Source of the DNA: Sphagnum compactum
Lineage: Eukaryota
Direction of reading: 5' to 3'
Assembly: GCA_965153455.1 (NCBI GenBank)
Contig: OZ234493.1
Span: 5,518,001-5,582,000 of the forward strand
Length of the DNA stretch: 64,000 nucleotides
Both the position numbers and the translations under genes were made by a program. The notes under the pieces were generated by a model. It saw only the letters and a list, made by a program, of their open reading frames with translations. It had not been told where the DNA came from and made no database searches. The stretch's first letter is position 1. Each line of letters opens with the position of its first letter. Shown piece after piece: positions 51,050-64,000 of the stretch.

Positions 51050-52741
51050 TTACTTTCCAAAAGCCTGCATATTAAACAAAGCCCAACTTAGTAAGACAAC
51101 TGAGAGAGAGAGAGAGAGAACAGTTAGTTAATAACCAGATATTCCAAACTATACAAGGAGTAGTCACTACATGTTCTCACATCACGAATCATTCATGATA
51201 TCTGTACATTAAAAGAAACATACAATGTAAAAAATAGAGAGGAATGTTGACTCACAGCAAAGATGGTGTTGTGGCCAGGGTCAGCAAGGTGTGCCAACAA
51301 ATTGTCAATGGGGCCAGTGCCTGTGTACAAAGCCTGAAATGCAGCACCCAACACTGCCAGCATTGCCAACCTTCCATTCTTGATCTCCCTTGTCCTCAGA
51401 TCCTTGACCTTCTCAGGTGAGGCTGATCCCCAGCCAAGGGGATCAAACCATAATCCCCCTGGGTAACCAACATCTGTGCCAGTGAGCTTGTTGTTGGGGA
51501 ATATGGGGTCAGTGTTGACAGAGCCAGGCTTCAGGATATCAGCCCATCTCCTTCCCTCAGCCCATGCAAAGAGAATAAGCTCCACCACAAACAGTGTTGT
51601 CGAATCTGTGAAGTATGTAGCCTCTCCTGCAGTGAACCATGATGGGGTGTTGAGGATTCCAGCCTTTGTAAGGGCCTCTGGAATGAAGATGCCAGCTGCT
51701 CCAAGCATAGCCCATCGGCTGTGCACAATCTCAGATTGCACAAACCATTTGAGCAGCTCGGGCTCAGATCCTGCATTCAGTCATACAAGCATCAATGAAA
51801 GAAAACCATTGACACACAGCATCAGACTATGTTTCCCACTTTGCATTCTAAAATTCCAGTCCATGTTGAGAAATACTCTATTTGTTGAGTGATAGCATAA
51901 GAGGAATTTAGTCTGCAAGTGTCAATCCTGACACAGAAAATGCATAGCAAGCAGGTGAAATGAGGCAACCTTACCAAGGCCAAGAGGATCAAAGCCAAAG
52001 TCTCCAGGTAAGCTGCAGAATCAAGCAGTCCCACAAATAACCGTTAAGTCAAGATGACTTCTGATGTGAGAAACTCACGGCCTCGTGAAAAAGACTCTGT
52101 GACAAAATTCTTGATTCCAAATGGCGAGGACTTATTTCACGAGAAATCGGGCATCGGAATGGCCGCTTGCGCACATCTAGGGTTCTAATTTACACACGCA
52201 CTGTAACAGCGGCTGCAACGACGGCACACATAAGGACAATATTGGTGATTCAAGGGGTCACTGGTTCACGGTTTTCCACAACTTTGGTCCGAAATCTTTT
52301 GCATAGAGGTTGAAGGGAAGGTGGAGCCTAAACAGACCTGCCATCGAGCCACTCGGGAGGAGTGCTCCCGGGGAACCATAGCGGCCTCTCGCTGGGGCTT
52401 ACTGCCACCGCATTCACAACCATTGACCCCTTAGCAGCTCCCGACGCCACTCTCGACTGCCGTAGAGCACGTCCAGAGAGAAACGATCCCTTCACAGATC
52501 CTCCATTGCTCACTACCTTATGCGCACTGCAGATCCACCGGCGGCAACAACAACAACAATGCATTGTGATTTCCAGTTCCCACAGAAGCATCCAGTACTT
52601 ACAGAAAGGGCGGGGGAGAAAATAACAAAGCAGAAAACAGGAAAGAAGCTAAAGGAATTCTAGTCAGGAGAGTAAGTACCTTGTTGAGGGGACTGCGGCT
52701 ACAGCAGCAACTCCCGAAGACACACAAACCGCTGATGCCAT
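51050..52741 (-). CDS. LHCA2: Photosystem I chlorophyll a/b-binding protein LHCA2, 5 exons, 272 aa with transit peptide
   Basis: Exons 52741-52680, 52526-52338, 52012-51975, 51770-51256 and 51064-51050. All are GT-AG and in phase, 819 nt total. Sequence includes [85 protein letters not shown] and [11 protein letters not shown]. Confidence 0.96.
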
Positions 52742-52904
52742 CGCTGCTCCCACTCAAAAGGATGGGAATCGAGATTGAGAGAGACAGAGAACAGTGGAAT
52801 TCTTCTTGTGCGAGACGGAGGAGAAGACGTCGGAAGAGATCAAAGCCTCTCAAATGCAGTTGCAGAATTTTCTGGTCAAGTTTCAGGGTTGTGAGTTAGT
52901 GACG

Positions 52905-53195
52905 CCGTCTTTTTTTAAAAAGGAAATTTTGTTCGTAGCCAAAGTGGCGATCATCCCCAGGAAGATTTAGCCAAATTTAGCCAAATATGGCTATAAAACA
53001 GGAATAGAATTTTAACAATTTAATCGTCCTTCTATATCTTTGGCGACATAAAGGACACTGAACATATAAATCTGGCGATTTCAACTTTCGTTTTTTTTTT
53101 TTTTTTCCTCTCTCTTCTGGCGACTGAATACCTCCAAAATCACTTTCTTTTTCGATTTTTTAATTTTTTAATTTCGCCAGTAAAAAGAAGGGCTG
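52905..53195. mobile_element. hAT-type MITE (same family as 5426..5731) in the LHCA2 promoter
   Basis: Contains the core gtagccaaagtggcgatcatccccaggaagatttagccaaat. Ends are ccgtcttttt...aaaaagaagggctg. No clear TSD. Confidence 0.7.
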
Positions 53196-53202
53196 GAACT
53201 TG

Positions 53203-53243
53203 GTGATAATTGTGAGATAGGATGAGAGACAAAGTGATTGGGT
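53203..53243 (-). promoter_or_regulatory. CCAAT plus GATA/I-box-like cluster upstream of LHCA2
   Basis: Minus strand reads cccaatcactttgtctctcatcctatctcacaattatca. CCAAT and GATA motifs are typical of light-regulated LHC promoters. Confidence 0.4.
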
Positions 53244-54813
53244 AGCTAACGCAGGCGCAATCCTCGACCCCCACCACCACCACAACCACCACCACCTCGA
53301 TGGATGAAGACACGATGAACAATCTCCATGAACAGCAAAAACGCACTGTCAAAAACCAGAAGGGGGAAAGCTTGGCCAAGAACAATCATCGTCGAACTTG
53401 TGAAGAGAGAGCAACTGCCAAGAATAGAAGACAATAGAGAAAATGAACGTAAAAACACAAAAAAAGTCCAAATTTTTCATCACAAGAATGCTTTTTTTTT
53501 TAATTAAAGCCGTGAAGGATGAAAAAAAATTCCACACTTTTTGTTTAGGGTTGAAGGTTTTTCTATCAGATGAATGCCATTTGGAAACAGGCATGGAAAA
53601 AAGAAGATGAATGGATGTAGAGTGTGAGGCAAAGGGTACAACTCCGCTCAGTCCCACAAGTAAGGAGCTAAATAATGTCGTCATCTTCAAAATAATGTCG
53701 TCATCAAACACTTTCCAATATTTTCCTCACTAAATAACCAAATTGAGCAAATTTTGTGTCATGGGATGCACAAACTGGAGGGCTACCAAAAAAAATATGT
53801 GAATGTCAGAAGTAAAAGAGGGACACCAAAAACACAGGAAGAAAGAAGATGAGTGATAATTTGTTTCAACTTTTTTTTAAAAATAGCTCTAGACCCCTCT
53901 CTAGTTGCAGCCCCATATCTTCCTCAATTTTAGTACCTTTTGAGTGATTAAATATCTCATAGGTGAGTCAGCTGAAGCTTTACAAAACTTCTTTGTATTT
54001 CAGCGGCAAAAATGCAATGATCAAACATCTTAAGCTTGAAATCTTAATCTGTATAAATTTGCCCATCACTGAACTCCTTACATAAAACACCCCATATTTT
54101 CCCCATTCTTATTGTGCAAACCATTCCTCAACATTGTAACAATGCCATGTGATAACAGGTAACCAATATTATTTTGTTCAGGTCAATTTTGTGATGTAAC
54201 CAAAGTGGTGATCATCCATAGGAAGATTTAGCCAAATTTGGCTTAAATTAAATATGAAAATAAAATTTTAAAACATCTTTTTGAATTTCTTTTTGCCTAC
54301 TTGAACTATGAGTAGAAATCTGGCAATTTTTCTTAAATTTTGGTCAAATCTCAATTATTGAAAATCTTGAAAAACACTTGATTTTAGTCATGGTTGTCAA
54401 CATCTTTTTTCAAGACGTCGCTAAGAGTTAAAAGGATGTCCCAAATAGGGTGTCACTAGTAATTTTGATTTTGACATTTGTAAATGTCCATCAAGCCTAA
54501 AGGCATAATAAGGATGCTAGCAACACCAAAGACATGTTGAGGGACATCAAAGAGATGCTAGGGGGTGCCAAGCATTGTGAAAACTTGAAAGGATGTCAGG
54601 AATCGTTTTCAAGCAACACAAGGGTTTGTTGGGGGCAACAACGGTAGGAAAATGTTGGGAGATGTCAAAACAAAATGTGGGTGAGGAGGGACACCACAAA
54701 GACACCAAGGGAGAATATGTGTGCCTAGCAACATTGAAAAACATCACGGGACACAAAATAATGTTGGGAAAAACTTCAAGGGATTTTGTTTTTGGGTTTT
54801 GGGCAATATGGGA

Positions 54814-54906
54814 CACTAAGAAATTGTCAAGGGGACAATGAGGTCACCAAGAAATTGTCAAGGGGACAATAAGGCCACCAAGGAATTGTCAAGGGACGAT
54901 AAGGGC
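54814..54906. repeat. 31-bp tandem repeat x3
   Basis: The unit caccaagaaattgtcaaggggacaat.agg recurs with period 31 (aattgtcaa at about 54822, 54853 and 54884). Confidence 0.85.
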
Positions 54907-56288
54907 ATAAGGAAGATGTTAGGCAATGCTAGGAAAATGTTGAGTAGCATCACAGGACACTAGTAGGAAAATGTAAATTTAAAACAAATTTCTTTGGTAA
55001 AAATTTAAAGAATATATCCTTAGTAGTGACACCAAGAAGGATGTTAGTAACCTTTATTTTAACACTTTTAATTTTTTATTTTGGTTTGTTGGGTATATAT
55101 AACCAATAAAAAAAAGGTTGACTATAATTTTGTTCATATCTTTTGTCATTGTCTTAACCACATCATATCAATTTCTTGTAGCCTATCCACACTAAATTTT
55201 GTTTTAAAAACTACCATCATGATATTGAGATCACATTTTGAAACACATCTAGACCTACATCAAGAGGTTAACATTTTCTCCATTTTTTTACTTTTCAATC
55301 TTTGTTTTTAACTTTCATTTTATTTGTATTAATAGAACTTTTTTCTTTTTGTACAACTTTTTTTTTTTTTCTTTCAAGTTTGCATTGTTAGTTTGCTCGC
55401 AAATATTTTCACAACATTAATCTCAATGTCACATTGTTTCTTTGTTTGCATAGTTTGAAATAGGGAACAACTTTGTTGGCATGGAGTTACTTTCATTTTT
55501 TTTCAAATGACATGTAAATTTTTTTTGGATATATATATATGTTACTAAAATATAAGTAGGATGTTTAGAATTGAATTATGAAAATACATCAAATTTTTAA
55601 AATACTCTATTGCTTCATAGCATTAAAAAATACCTTTTTTAATTTTACATGTTTCATAAAAAATATACAAATAATAATCACCTTCCCCTAGTTTTGTTGT
55701 TTTTTTGTCTTGACACTTTATTTGCTTGATTTTTTTGTTCACAAATTTTCTCACAATATTATTTTTTGGTTTTGTATTTTTTTTTACATAGTTTGAACAC
55801 AATGTGTATTTGCATAATTTAAGTATGAGGTTTTTTTTGGTTTGATGATGCTTTTTGTTTATGTCATGCATAGTTTTTAACAAAGTTCTTTTTAAATGTG
55901 CAGGGATCATTATGTTTGGTGTTAATTATATGTTTACAAATGAAACATGGACTAATGACTAATCATAATTATTGCCCATATGGTCTTATGCTTCTAATCC
56001 AAGCTTTACATAAGTCATCTAAGTTTAGCAAATCAACATTGTCGTTGTTGTCTTTTGCATTTGAAGCCTTGCATATAGACTTGCAACTAAATTTCAAACA
56101 TATTTTACATTTGCTACCTTACATAACTACAACACGTCATGTAATTTATTAACAATTGGCAAAGAGCATGGACATTGGTGGAACTTCAATCAACTACATG
56201 GTTTAAACATTTATTCTTGATGAAATATGAAAATATATATACAAATTTAACACTTTCAAATGTTGAAGGAGATTTTTTTGGTACTAAT

Positions 56289-59200
56289 CTTTGTGGGTAT
56301 ATTATTTACCTGAATATATTCATTAGTTATGGGTAAGGTATATGATTTATCCTATTTTATTTTCTCAAAATCAATATACCCTAATCAAATGCATATTCAA
56401 AGGTATATAAATTTGGAGAAATATACATGTTTCATAACTTTGGATATATTTCAAAAATATTCATACCCAAAGCTAGGCATTTTTTCAAAATATGGGTAAA
56501 TTTCATTATGTAATTTTCACCTAAACTTTAAAATCATTGTCATTGTTATGTGTGATCATTGTGTAAGGTGTCTAGCATTGAGAAAGAATGTGATGAGTTA
56601 TGTGTGTGTTCTTTCAAATTAAATACATTGTGTGCATTGAACAAGGTTTCTAGTAAGGTGTGCAAATGAACATAATGTTCAAGCTTTTTGTTTTTAACTT
56701 CAATTTGTGCTTAAGATTCATGCTCCTAGTTCAAACAACCAACTTTCCAATTTGTATGTGTGTGTAGGTTTTTCCAATTCACATTCAAGTTTCCCATTTG
56801 TGTGTGTGCTCAAAGTTCATGTTCAAGTTTTTAATTTGTGTGTATGTTTAGGTTGTGTTATTGTCTATGTTTAAGTTCCAACCTGAGGTCCAATAGTAAC
56901 AACAAGTTTCAATGTGTGTGTGGACATGGATGCGAGTGTGGTTCATTAGGTTTTAACAAGAATAGTCTTAGCAGTAACAACCAACAACAACATTAAATTT
57001 TCAACAATAGCACATTGGCAAACAAGGTGAAAGCATGTAAAAGTATGCCCAAAAATAGGTTCACATGTAATCACAATCACATTTATTGCGTAAACATGAA
57101 AAAACCTATTCAAAACTTCTTTAACGTTCACTATGAAGCAATGGTGCACTTCATTAAATTTATGGTAAGATACATATAAAGTGCAAAGAATTTTAATATA
57201 AGAAAAATGCATGAAAAGTATGTTCTAAACTATCTAGGTTTTCAAAATTTTCAAAATATTTTTATATGAAAACTTTGATAGATTATGAGTATAATATGAA
57301 ATTTTTAAAACACATTGATACATATTAATTTTTTATCCATTTGAAAGTATAAAAAATCCAATGACAATTGTATTTTCATCATATTTTCATATACTTGAAG
57401 TAATAGTGGGACACCTACTTTCCTAAATTTGTAATTCTAAAATGCACTTAAATGCATATTAAAACATGTAATTTTTCAACATTATGTAATGAAATCAAAG
57501 ATCTTCCTCTTATTGATCGTTAAAATTAAAAATATTCATGAGTTCAATAATGTATCAAGGCTTAAATTAGCTATTGGGGTTTTTTTTTAATAATTAAATT
57601 CCACCCAAAAAACAATCCCTCATTGGCATATTTTACCATGTTTTTACCCAATAGCTAAAATTTCTAATAGCTCATGTTTTATGTGTGTATTTGGAGAATT
57701 GATTTTTTGATAGAAAATTGTACAGGGAGAAATTTAAATACAATTTTTTCCCTACAACTTGAAATGGTGAATTGAAGACCCAACAAATTAGAAGAATTCA
57801 CCCTTCCAGATGGTGATGTGCTTTCATCCACAACTATTATTGTTGGTTTGTCATCAATTGGTAGATCTAATATAACTAAATTTGTTCTAAGTCTAATCAA
57901 CAATTAGTTGCATTATAACAACAAACAAGAATTTGGGCTTCGTGAGATCAAAAATTTATTCCTTAGGTTTTTTCCCAAAAATAAAACTATTTTTTGTTGT
58001 ATTTTTTGTCATTCAATTACTATGGGTGTTCATGTTTTGGGATCAAAAACTTGAGGTAGGAAAGGATTAATCTTTTATATTAAAACTAAGAATGGAACTT
58101 CAACCATCAAAACACATTATGAAATTGAACATTTTGACATTTTAAAAATGTATGTTAATAATGAGATTGTACAATGATGTTCTATTGAAACAAATGTCTT
58201 TGAGAAACAAAGTTCCAAAGTTCAAAAAAGGTATTTTTCCATGGTCCATTTTTGCATTTTTAATAAAATGCAACATGTAAAAAATCAAATGAAAAACAAA
58301 AAAACATTCATTGATGATCTTGTGTTAGTTATTGTGAAAGGGGTTATTCCCTCTAAGCACAATTAAAAACATATCAATGAAGAAATTACAAAGGGACCCA
58401 TGATTGGTGTTTCCATTAACTAAAGAGGTATTTCCTTGCATAATGAAGCACACACTTGAAGAGTTTGTTTAGCATGATGTTAATGTTGCAATTTCTACCA
58501 CAACAACATTTGACCTTTAAACGAACAAAGGTGCACTTGATATTTTTGCCCTTGTGATTTTTAACATTATATTCGAAACTAAAACATGTCACAATTAGTC
58601 TATTTGAGGCAGATGGCATTACTATAATTAATTTTGGTGGTCAATTGCAAACTTTGTTTGAAGAATATAAGTTGACTAACAAAATTATTTGCTATGTGAA
58701 AAATGAAAACACAAATATGTCTATAATGACAAATCTTCTTAAACAAATTGTTAGTTATTAAAAATTGGAGATATTGGCACCATTTGAAGGTGTTTGTTTT
58801 AGAAAGGGCCATGCCCTTTCTAAAGCTTGCCAATATGGCATTTTTGATGAAAACGTAAGTTTAGGGTTTACAACCTATGAATATCAAATTTCTACAATCT
58901 TTAATCAAAACTTATATAACATGGTCAAAACATTTAAGAAAACAAAGGGTAAAATGGGCAAAAGCTTATTTGGCTACCAATTTGTGGCCATGGAAACTAA
59001 ACACATAAATGAAAACAAGGTTTGCCTCCAAAGTGGCAATGTTCAAGTAGGCATTTGAATTTGGGATTATTATTTATGTTTGTTATAATCAACAAACATT
59101 GGCTTTACTAAGTAGAATTACAACATCACAACTTTGGGCCATTGTAAAAATCATTGCTTCAACCTTAAACCCAGTTATATCAAATTGTGTGTTGAGTGAT

Positions 59201-60606
59201 GAACTTGCAAATGCAATTAACCTTTGTGTGAAATTGACCAATAAGAAATTTGAACTTGAAGTCCAAATGAACTTTATTCCCCCATTTCAATTTGATGCAA
59301 AATCATTCTTGTTAACATAAACAATGTGATTAGAAATCACTTGTGTGCTTGCTCCATTTATAAATTGTTTAAATCAATTTGATTAAAAAAAAGTTCATAT
59401 ATGTTGGTTCTAATGTTTGATCCTAGATTCAAGGATCTTTCCATTTTGAATAATTATTTGGGAATAGAAAAAATTATAATGCATGATTTAAAAACTATAA
59501 TTCCGTTTTTGTATTCAACTTATCCTTTTGTACAACACCCATCAAATTTTAGCCCTTAAGAACAACCATTGGTGGTGTTTGGTGTAGGTTTGATTCAAAA
59601 TCAAATTGTCATGGAACATGTAAGTTTTTGGTTTTTGCAATCACACATAACTTTTTAATTTATGTAATCACAAATTTGAATAAAACATATTTAAATCAAC
59701 TGTGTAATCTAAAAAATTTGTTTTTGATTATAGGTGCAACAAGAATTTACATGTTTTTGAAATCTACAATTGATTGCAAAATCTTTTGAAGATCCATTAA
59801 AATGGTGGAAAACACATGAAACAAAATTTCCCATTAGCGGATATTTGATTTGACAAATTTTAGGTATTGTGGGAAATCAAATTGAAGCAAGTCAAAAAAT
59901 TTCTATTGTCGGGATTTTGACAAGGTTTCATAAATGTCAATTTGAAACCTAAAACTTAAATAAACTTTTATTAATTTAAAAAAAATTGGCCAAATGATCC
60001 GCACTTCAATTGTGAATCATTTGCAAAGGCTAATTTTTTTTAATGACTTTAAGGATGTTAAAATAAATTTCGTAGATTAAATTAAAAGTGAATTTGAAGA
60101 CCGATTAAATCACCATGTTGAGCTTCTTGATATGGCAAATTTTGATTTTTAAAATTGCATTTATGTTTAGTACAACAAGTGGCATATTATCCAATTTGAT
60201 CTCAATGGCCTCTCATTTTATGTATGTTTAGAAATAAAAAATTGAAATAGTTTTATTCAATTTTATTATTGTAATTTGACCTCACATATAAGCATTGTCC
60301 CATTAGATTTAGGCCTATGAAAATTGTCTAAAATAAATTCCAAAATGTGAAAAAAAATTCCATGTTTTATTAAATAAGATAAAATTATTTATCTTTTCTT
60401 TGCCATTTTTAAAACCCTAACCAATAATATATGATAGGGGTACTTGGACCCTACCCATCTACCCAAAATTATAAATTTGTTTTTACCTGGACCTCACCCT
60501 AATGTGACAAAAAAATCATAAATATACCCCTACCCATTAAATAAATAAATTGGAATTTTATATATACCTTTACCTTATGATATATCAAAAATATATACCC
60601 ACATTG
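56289..60606 (+). mobile_element. Decayed, apparently full-length hAT DNA transposon (~4.3 kb)
   Basis: TIR-like ends ctttgtgggtatat and atatacccacattg, with GGGTA/TACCC subterminal repeats. Transposase relics: FDL*..KGALDIFAL (~58510), GVCF..HALSKACQY (~58800), and dimerisation domain DPLKWWKTHETKFP..QILGI (~59790-59880). TSD not recognisable. Confidence 0.7.
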
Positions 60607-60999
60607 GTTGAATCCTTTTAACTTTTGGTAAATAAAAAACATATTAGTCCTTCAATCCCAAAGAAGAATAACCCAATCAATCCTTTGTTCTAAGGTTCAT
60701 TTTAAAAAGATGTTCAACATGAAAAAGCTAAAAGCACATTTTTCATTGTATTCAACTTACACATACATACATATTTGTGAAATGACATCTTTATGCATAA
60801 TGTGTGATACACAAAGCATAGAAAAGAAATTTCTAATACATTTACCTTGTCCTAGGGCCCTAGTTGATCATTATCCCCTCACCTTCAGGCTTTACCTTAC
60901 ACATCACAAATCTCAATTATCATTTTTGAAATTTTATACATGAAATTGTTGTATGGTGTATGTATAGAATGCTAGCCTTTTGGTCAAATCTTTCATTTT

Positions 61000-62050
61000 G
61001 AAGGACAAGGTCTTAATGGATCTAGGAACAATCTTAATGGGGATCCTTACCCTATACATAAGGTCGTGTACACTAATAGGGACCTTATGAAATATAAATT
61101 GTCCTTGATATTGTGATAGGTATTTAGAGACCTTATGGGTTCTATTTGCTATGGAACTGGCCCCATAGGGGGTGAGTGCCATTCCAACATGTGATAATGG
61201 GTTCTACTAAGGTCTATTCCAAGGCGTAATTGGTGTTCCTCACCATTGATTCAAATCACAAGAATGTTCTTCACCCTTGGTTCACATCACAAGTGGAATC
61301 AACAATAAAAAACATTGGAACCAATAGATGATTCCCTTCCTTACTCCACAAATAGTTAAAACGAGCCACTAGGGCCTTGTGCCCTCCATTGGTGGGAAGA
61401 GGCATAAGGACAATATGAAGAAATATGTTTAGTGATAAATTATTGACTTCATTTCAAAACTGAAATGATCAGAGTAAGGAAATGTAAAATGGAAAATGTG
61501 GGATAAAGTTTTCCAACAATAGAAGACATAGATTCAAAAAAAACTTGCATGAAGTGATGGTAAGAAATAAGAAAATGAAAAAAAATTGAAACGAAATGAA
61601 GAAACTTTGCATGGTTTTAATAACTATAAGGTCATGGCCAATTTGGATTTAGCAACACTAGTTGCAATATTTCCATCAAGAATACTAGAATTGCTTATAC
61701 ATTATAATTTGGATGAAGTTGCATAGTAGGTTTGGAGCTCTTTTTTTTCATCAAAAACTTGTAAAGATGTATGATGCACAATTTCCTTTATGGTAATTGT
61801 TATAACTAGGGTCATTGGCCATGAAACATGTGACAATAAGTTCTCCTTCCAGGATTTTTGAGTTCTTGTTAGTTTGGGCATTTCCACAATTTGTGAATTA
61901 TTTGACTGTTTTTGCAAAATTGTAGGAACATGTCTGTATTGTGCATTTTTGGAAGGTAGATTTTCATTTGTAGTCTCAATTTCAATAACCAAACCAATGG
62001 GTTTCAAGTTACAATGAAACAAATGTTTAATCACAGGCTCAAACTCTAAA
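61000..62050 (-). mobile_element. Probable retrotransposon gag-region remnant
   Basis: Highly degenerate, with only weak resemblance to gag-region sequence. No intact ORF. Confidence 0.3.
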
Positions 62051-62599
62051 ATTCATGATCTTGTGCCTTGTTGCCCAAGAGGTTTATCACCAAAACTAAT
62101 AATATTCTGCGAATTCAAAAGGTTTTTGGTAGCATTCCACTTTTCCAATACTAGCAATGTGGTGGCTTTAAGCTTCAAGGTTGATGCATTTGAAGTGAGA
62201 GAAATGGGCGCTTTAATGTTTGACCTTGATTTAAAAGGTTGCAAACTTCGTGGTAGGGCCTTATTGAGCTTTGGGTTGATATGAAATTTGCTAACATCAA
62301 AAGATCCTAAACACATGACCACTGAGACTTGTAACTTAACTGACGACAAACTGGAAGTCAATTCAACTATTTGAAATGTGGACCGGCACAATGTAGAAGT
62401 GGGAACCTCATATGGGTTTTCAAGGCACACAAAGGTTGTTGACATAGCTGCATTAACAGGGTCGGTGCAAGCTAAAGTGAACCACTTTTTATGTCACACT
62501 GTAGGTTTCTATAGAGTGTCATGCATTAATATGTCATTAACATGCCATAAAACCATCATAATGCCAAATTTTCCATTGAATTAAGATTCTCAACTTGAA

Positions 62600-63060
62600 T
62601 AAAAAAACATCTACATAAAAAATTATAACATGAATTCTCCAAATATAGAGTATTGGACTTTTGAAGTTGAGAAATATGGACTAGTCTTTTGTCTATGGCC
62701 TGATACAAATACATTTTTGTTTATGAATTTTGTTTAAGTTATTTTATAGGGACTCAATATATGACATATTAAAGCAAAAGTGACACAGATGCAAAAAAAA
62801 TGTGAAAAAAACTTTAATCCGAAAGAAGATATGGATTTTTATTTGTCTTAAAATGGACATTATTACAAAATTCCATATCATATTCATTTTTTGGTGGATT
62901 TCAATTTTTTTCTCTTTAACATGCATGTTGGGTTTTTATACAATTGGGTTTTTATTAACATAATTTTATTATCTCATTAATCACATTTAATCCCCCATTT
63001 AAATAATGATATCATAATACATTACAATTTTAACACTATCTAATGGACTTTTTATGGACT
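62600..63060 (+). repeat. Dispersed repeat, copy 2 of 18040..18510
   Basis: Direct sequence match to 18040-18510. Confidence 0.75.
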
Positions 63061-64000
63061 ATTTATCCACTGGAATTGGTCCACTTTTTTTTGCAACCAC
63101 CCAATAGTCTTCTTTGGCTCCTGAAAACTCGAAACACATGGTGTAATGAATATGGAAAGCAAAACTTCCAAACATCTTTCTAGTTGTCATAGATCCTCAG
63201 AGCCTATGACATAAAAATATTTTTCTTACAGTTTTGATTCTAGAATAGCTTTCATAAGCTTTCTTGGAAACATGAAGTTGCCTATAAAAGAGTGTTAAAA
63301 TGATCACACAATTTCCAAACTTTTCGACATGGTCTCAATGAAACTCAATCTACACCCAAAATATCTCAAGATCACCAATTTCTGCTTGGACATCCCTACA
63401 AAAGAAAACCTCCAAGGAAGTCATACCTGTTTGATGCACATAATCTCAATTATCATTGGTGGGGATGTGTTCATTTGTTGCACCTTTTGGAATGTGATCC
63501 ACAAATCAACAACATACAAAGGAAGAAATGACATGTTTTGATATTTTCATTATAGTGTGTACGACTTGGAAAATATAATTCACCTTGATAAGATTATCCA
63601 TAGATTTTCCAACACATTGTTCTCTTGGTCATAAGAATCTCTTCAAAGGAAGCACTTTCTCTAACCCCCAACAGCTTCATTGCATTCTCCAAAAACATTT
63701 CAGAAAGGAAAAGAATCATTAGCCATGAAATCATTTACCTTTGCATTCAATCACAAGGACCATTGTTGTTATGAGTCCCTACTCTTGAAACATGGTTTTT
63801 TAGGCATGGTTCTTTACATGAGCCAACCTTGCAAAACATTACATGTTTTGAGTATGTTTTGAGCTTTTTGCAATAGTTTTCACAACATGTGGTCGATTTG
63901 TTTCCAAAGGCATTTCCCCTTGGATATCCACCAACAAAAGTGTTAGGGAATACCACCTATTGAGAACCTTGATTTGTAGCCTTGGTTACCAACCTCTCTG

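Noticed and set aside
63060..64000. Coding or retroelement remnant at the window end
   Set aside because: I could not read any motif with confidence, so it is left unannotated.

Overview
This is a land-plant nuclear window, probably from a bryophyte or moss (Sphagnum-like repeat landscape; this assignment is inference). Four intact spliced genes were reconstructed by hand with in-phase GT-AG junctions. (1) A 6-exon 'Soloist' AP2/ERF transcription factor, At4g13040/APD1-like (minus, 564..2699, 211 aa), mostly missed by the ORF track. (2) The DEAH-box splicing helicase PRP22/DHX8 (minus, 11416..15654, 2 exons, 1248 aa). (3) PLP-dependent serine decarboxylase SDC1 (plus, 44532..47987, 6 exons, 532 aa). 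(4) The PSI antenna protein LHCA2 (minus, 51050..52741, 5 exons, 272 aa). Most of 16-43 kb and 53-64 kb is AT-rich transposon debris: a decayed Rep-helicase-endonuclease Helitron, a CACTA element carrying a young-looking solo LTR, a 154-bp mini-CACTA, hAT fossils and MITEs, a Harbinger MITE nested in a non-autonomous Helitron, and gag remnants. I saw no tRNA, rRNA or CRISPR. I found no clearly novel biological system. The best leads are a near-perfect 28-bp hairpin in an SDC intron, the endonuclease-bearing Helitron, a structured GC-rich element split by nested TEs, duplicated uORFs before PRP22, and a 282-codon antisense ORF over the SDC 3' end.
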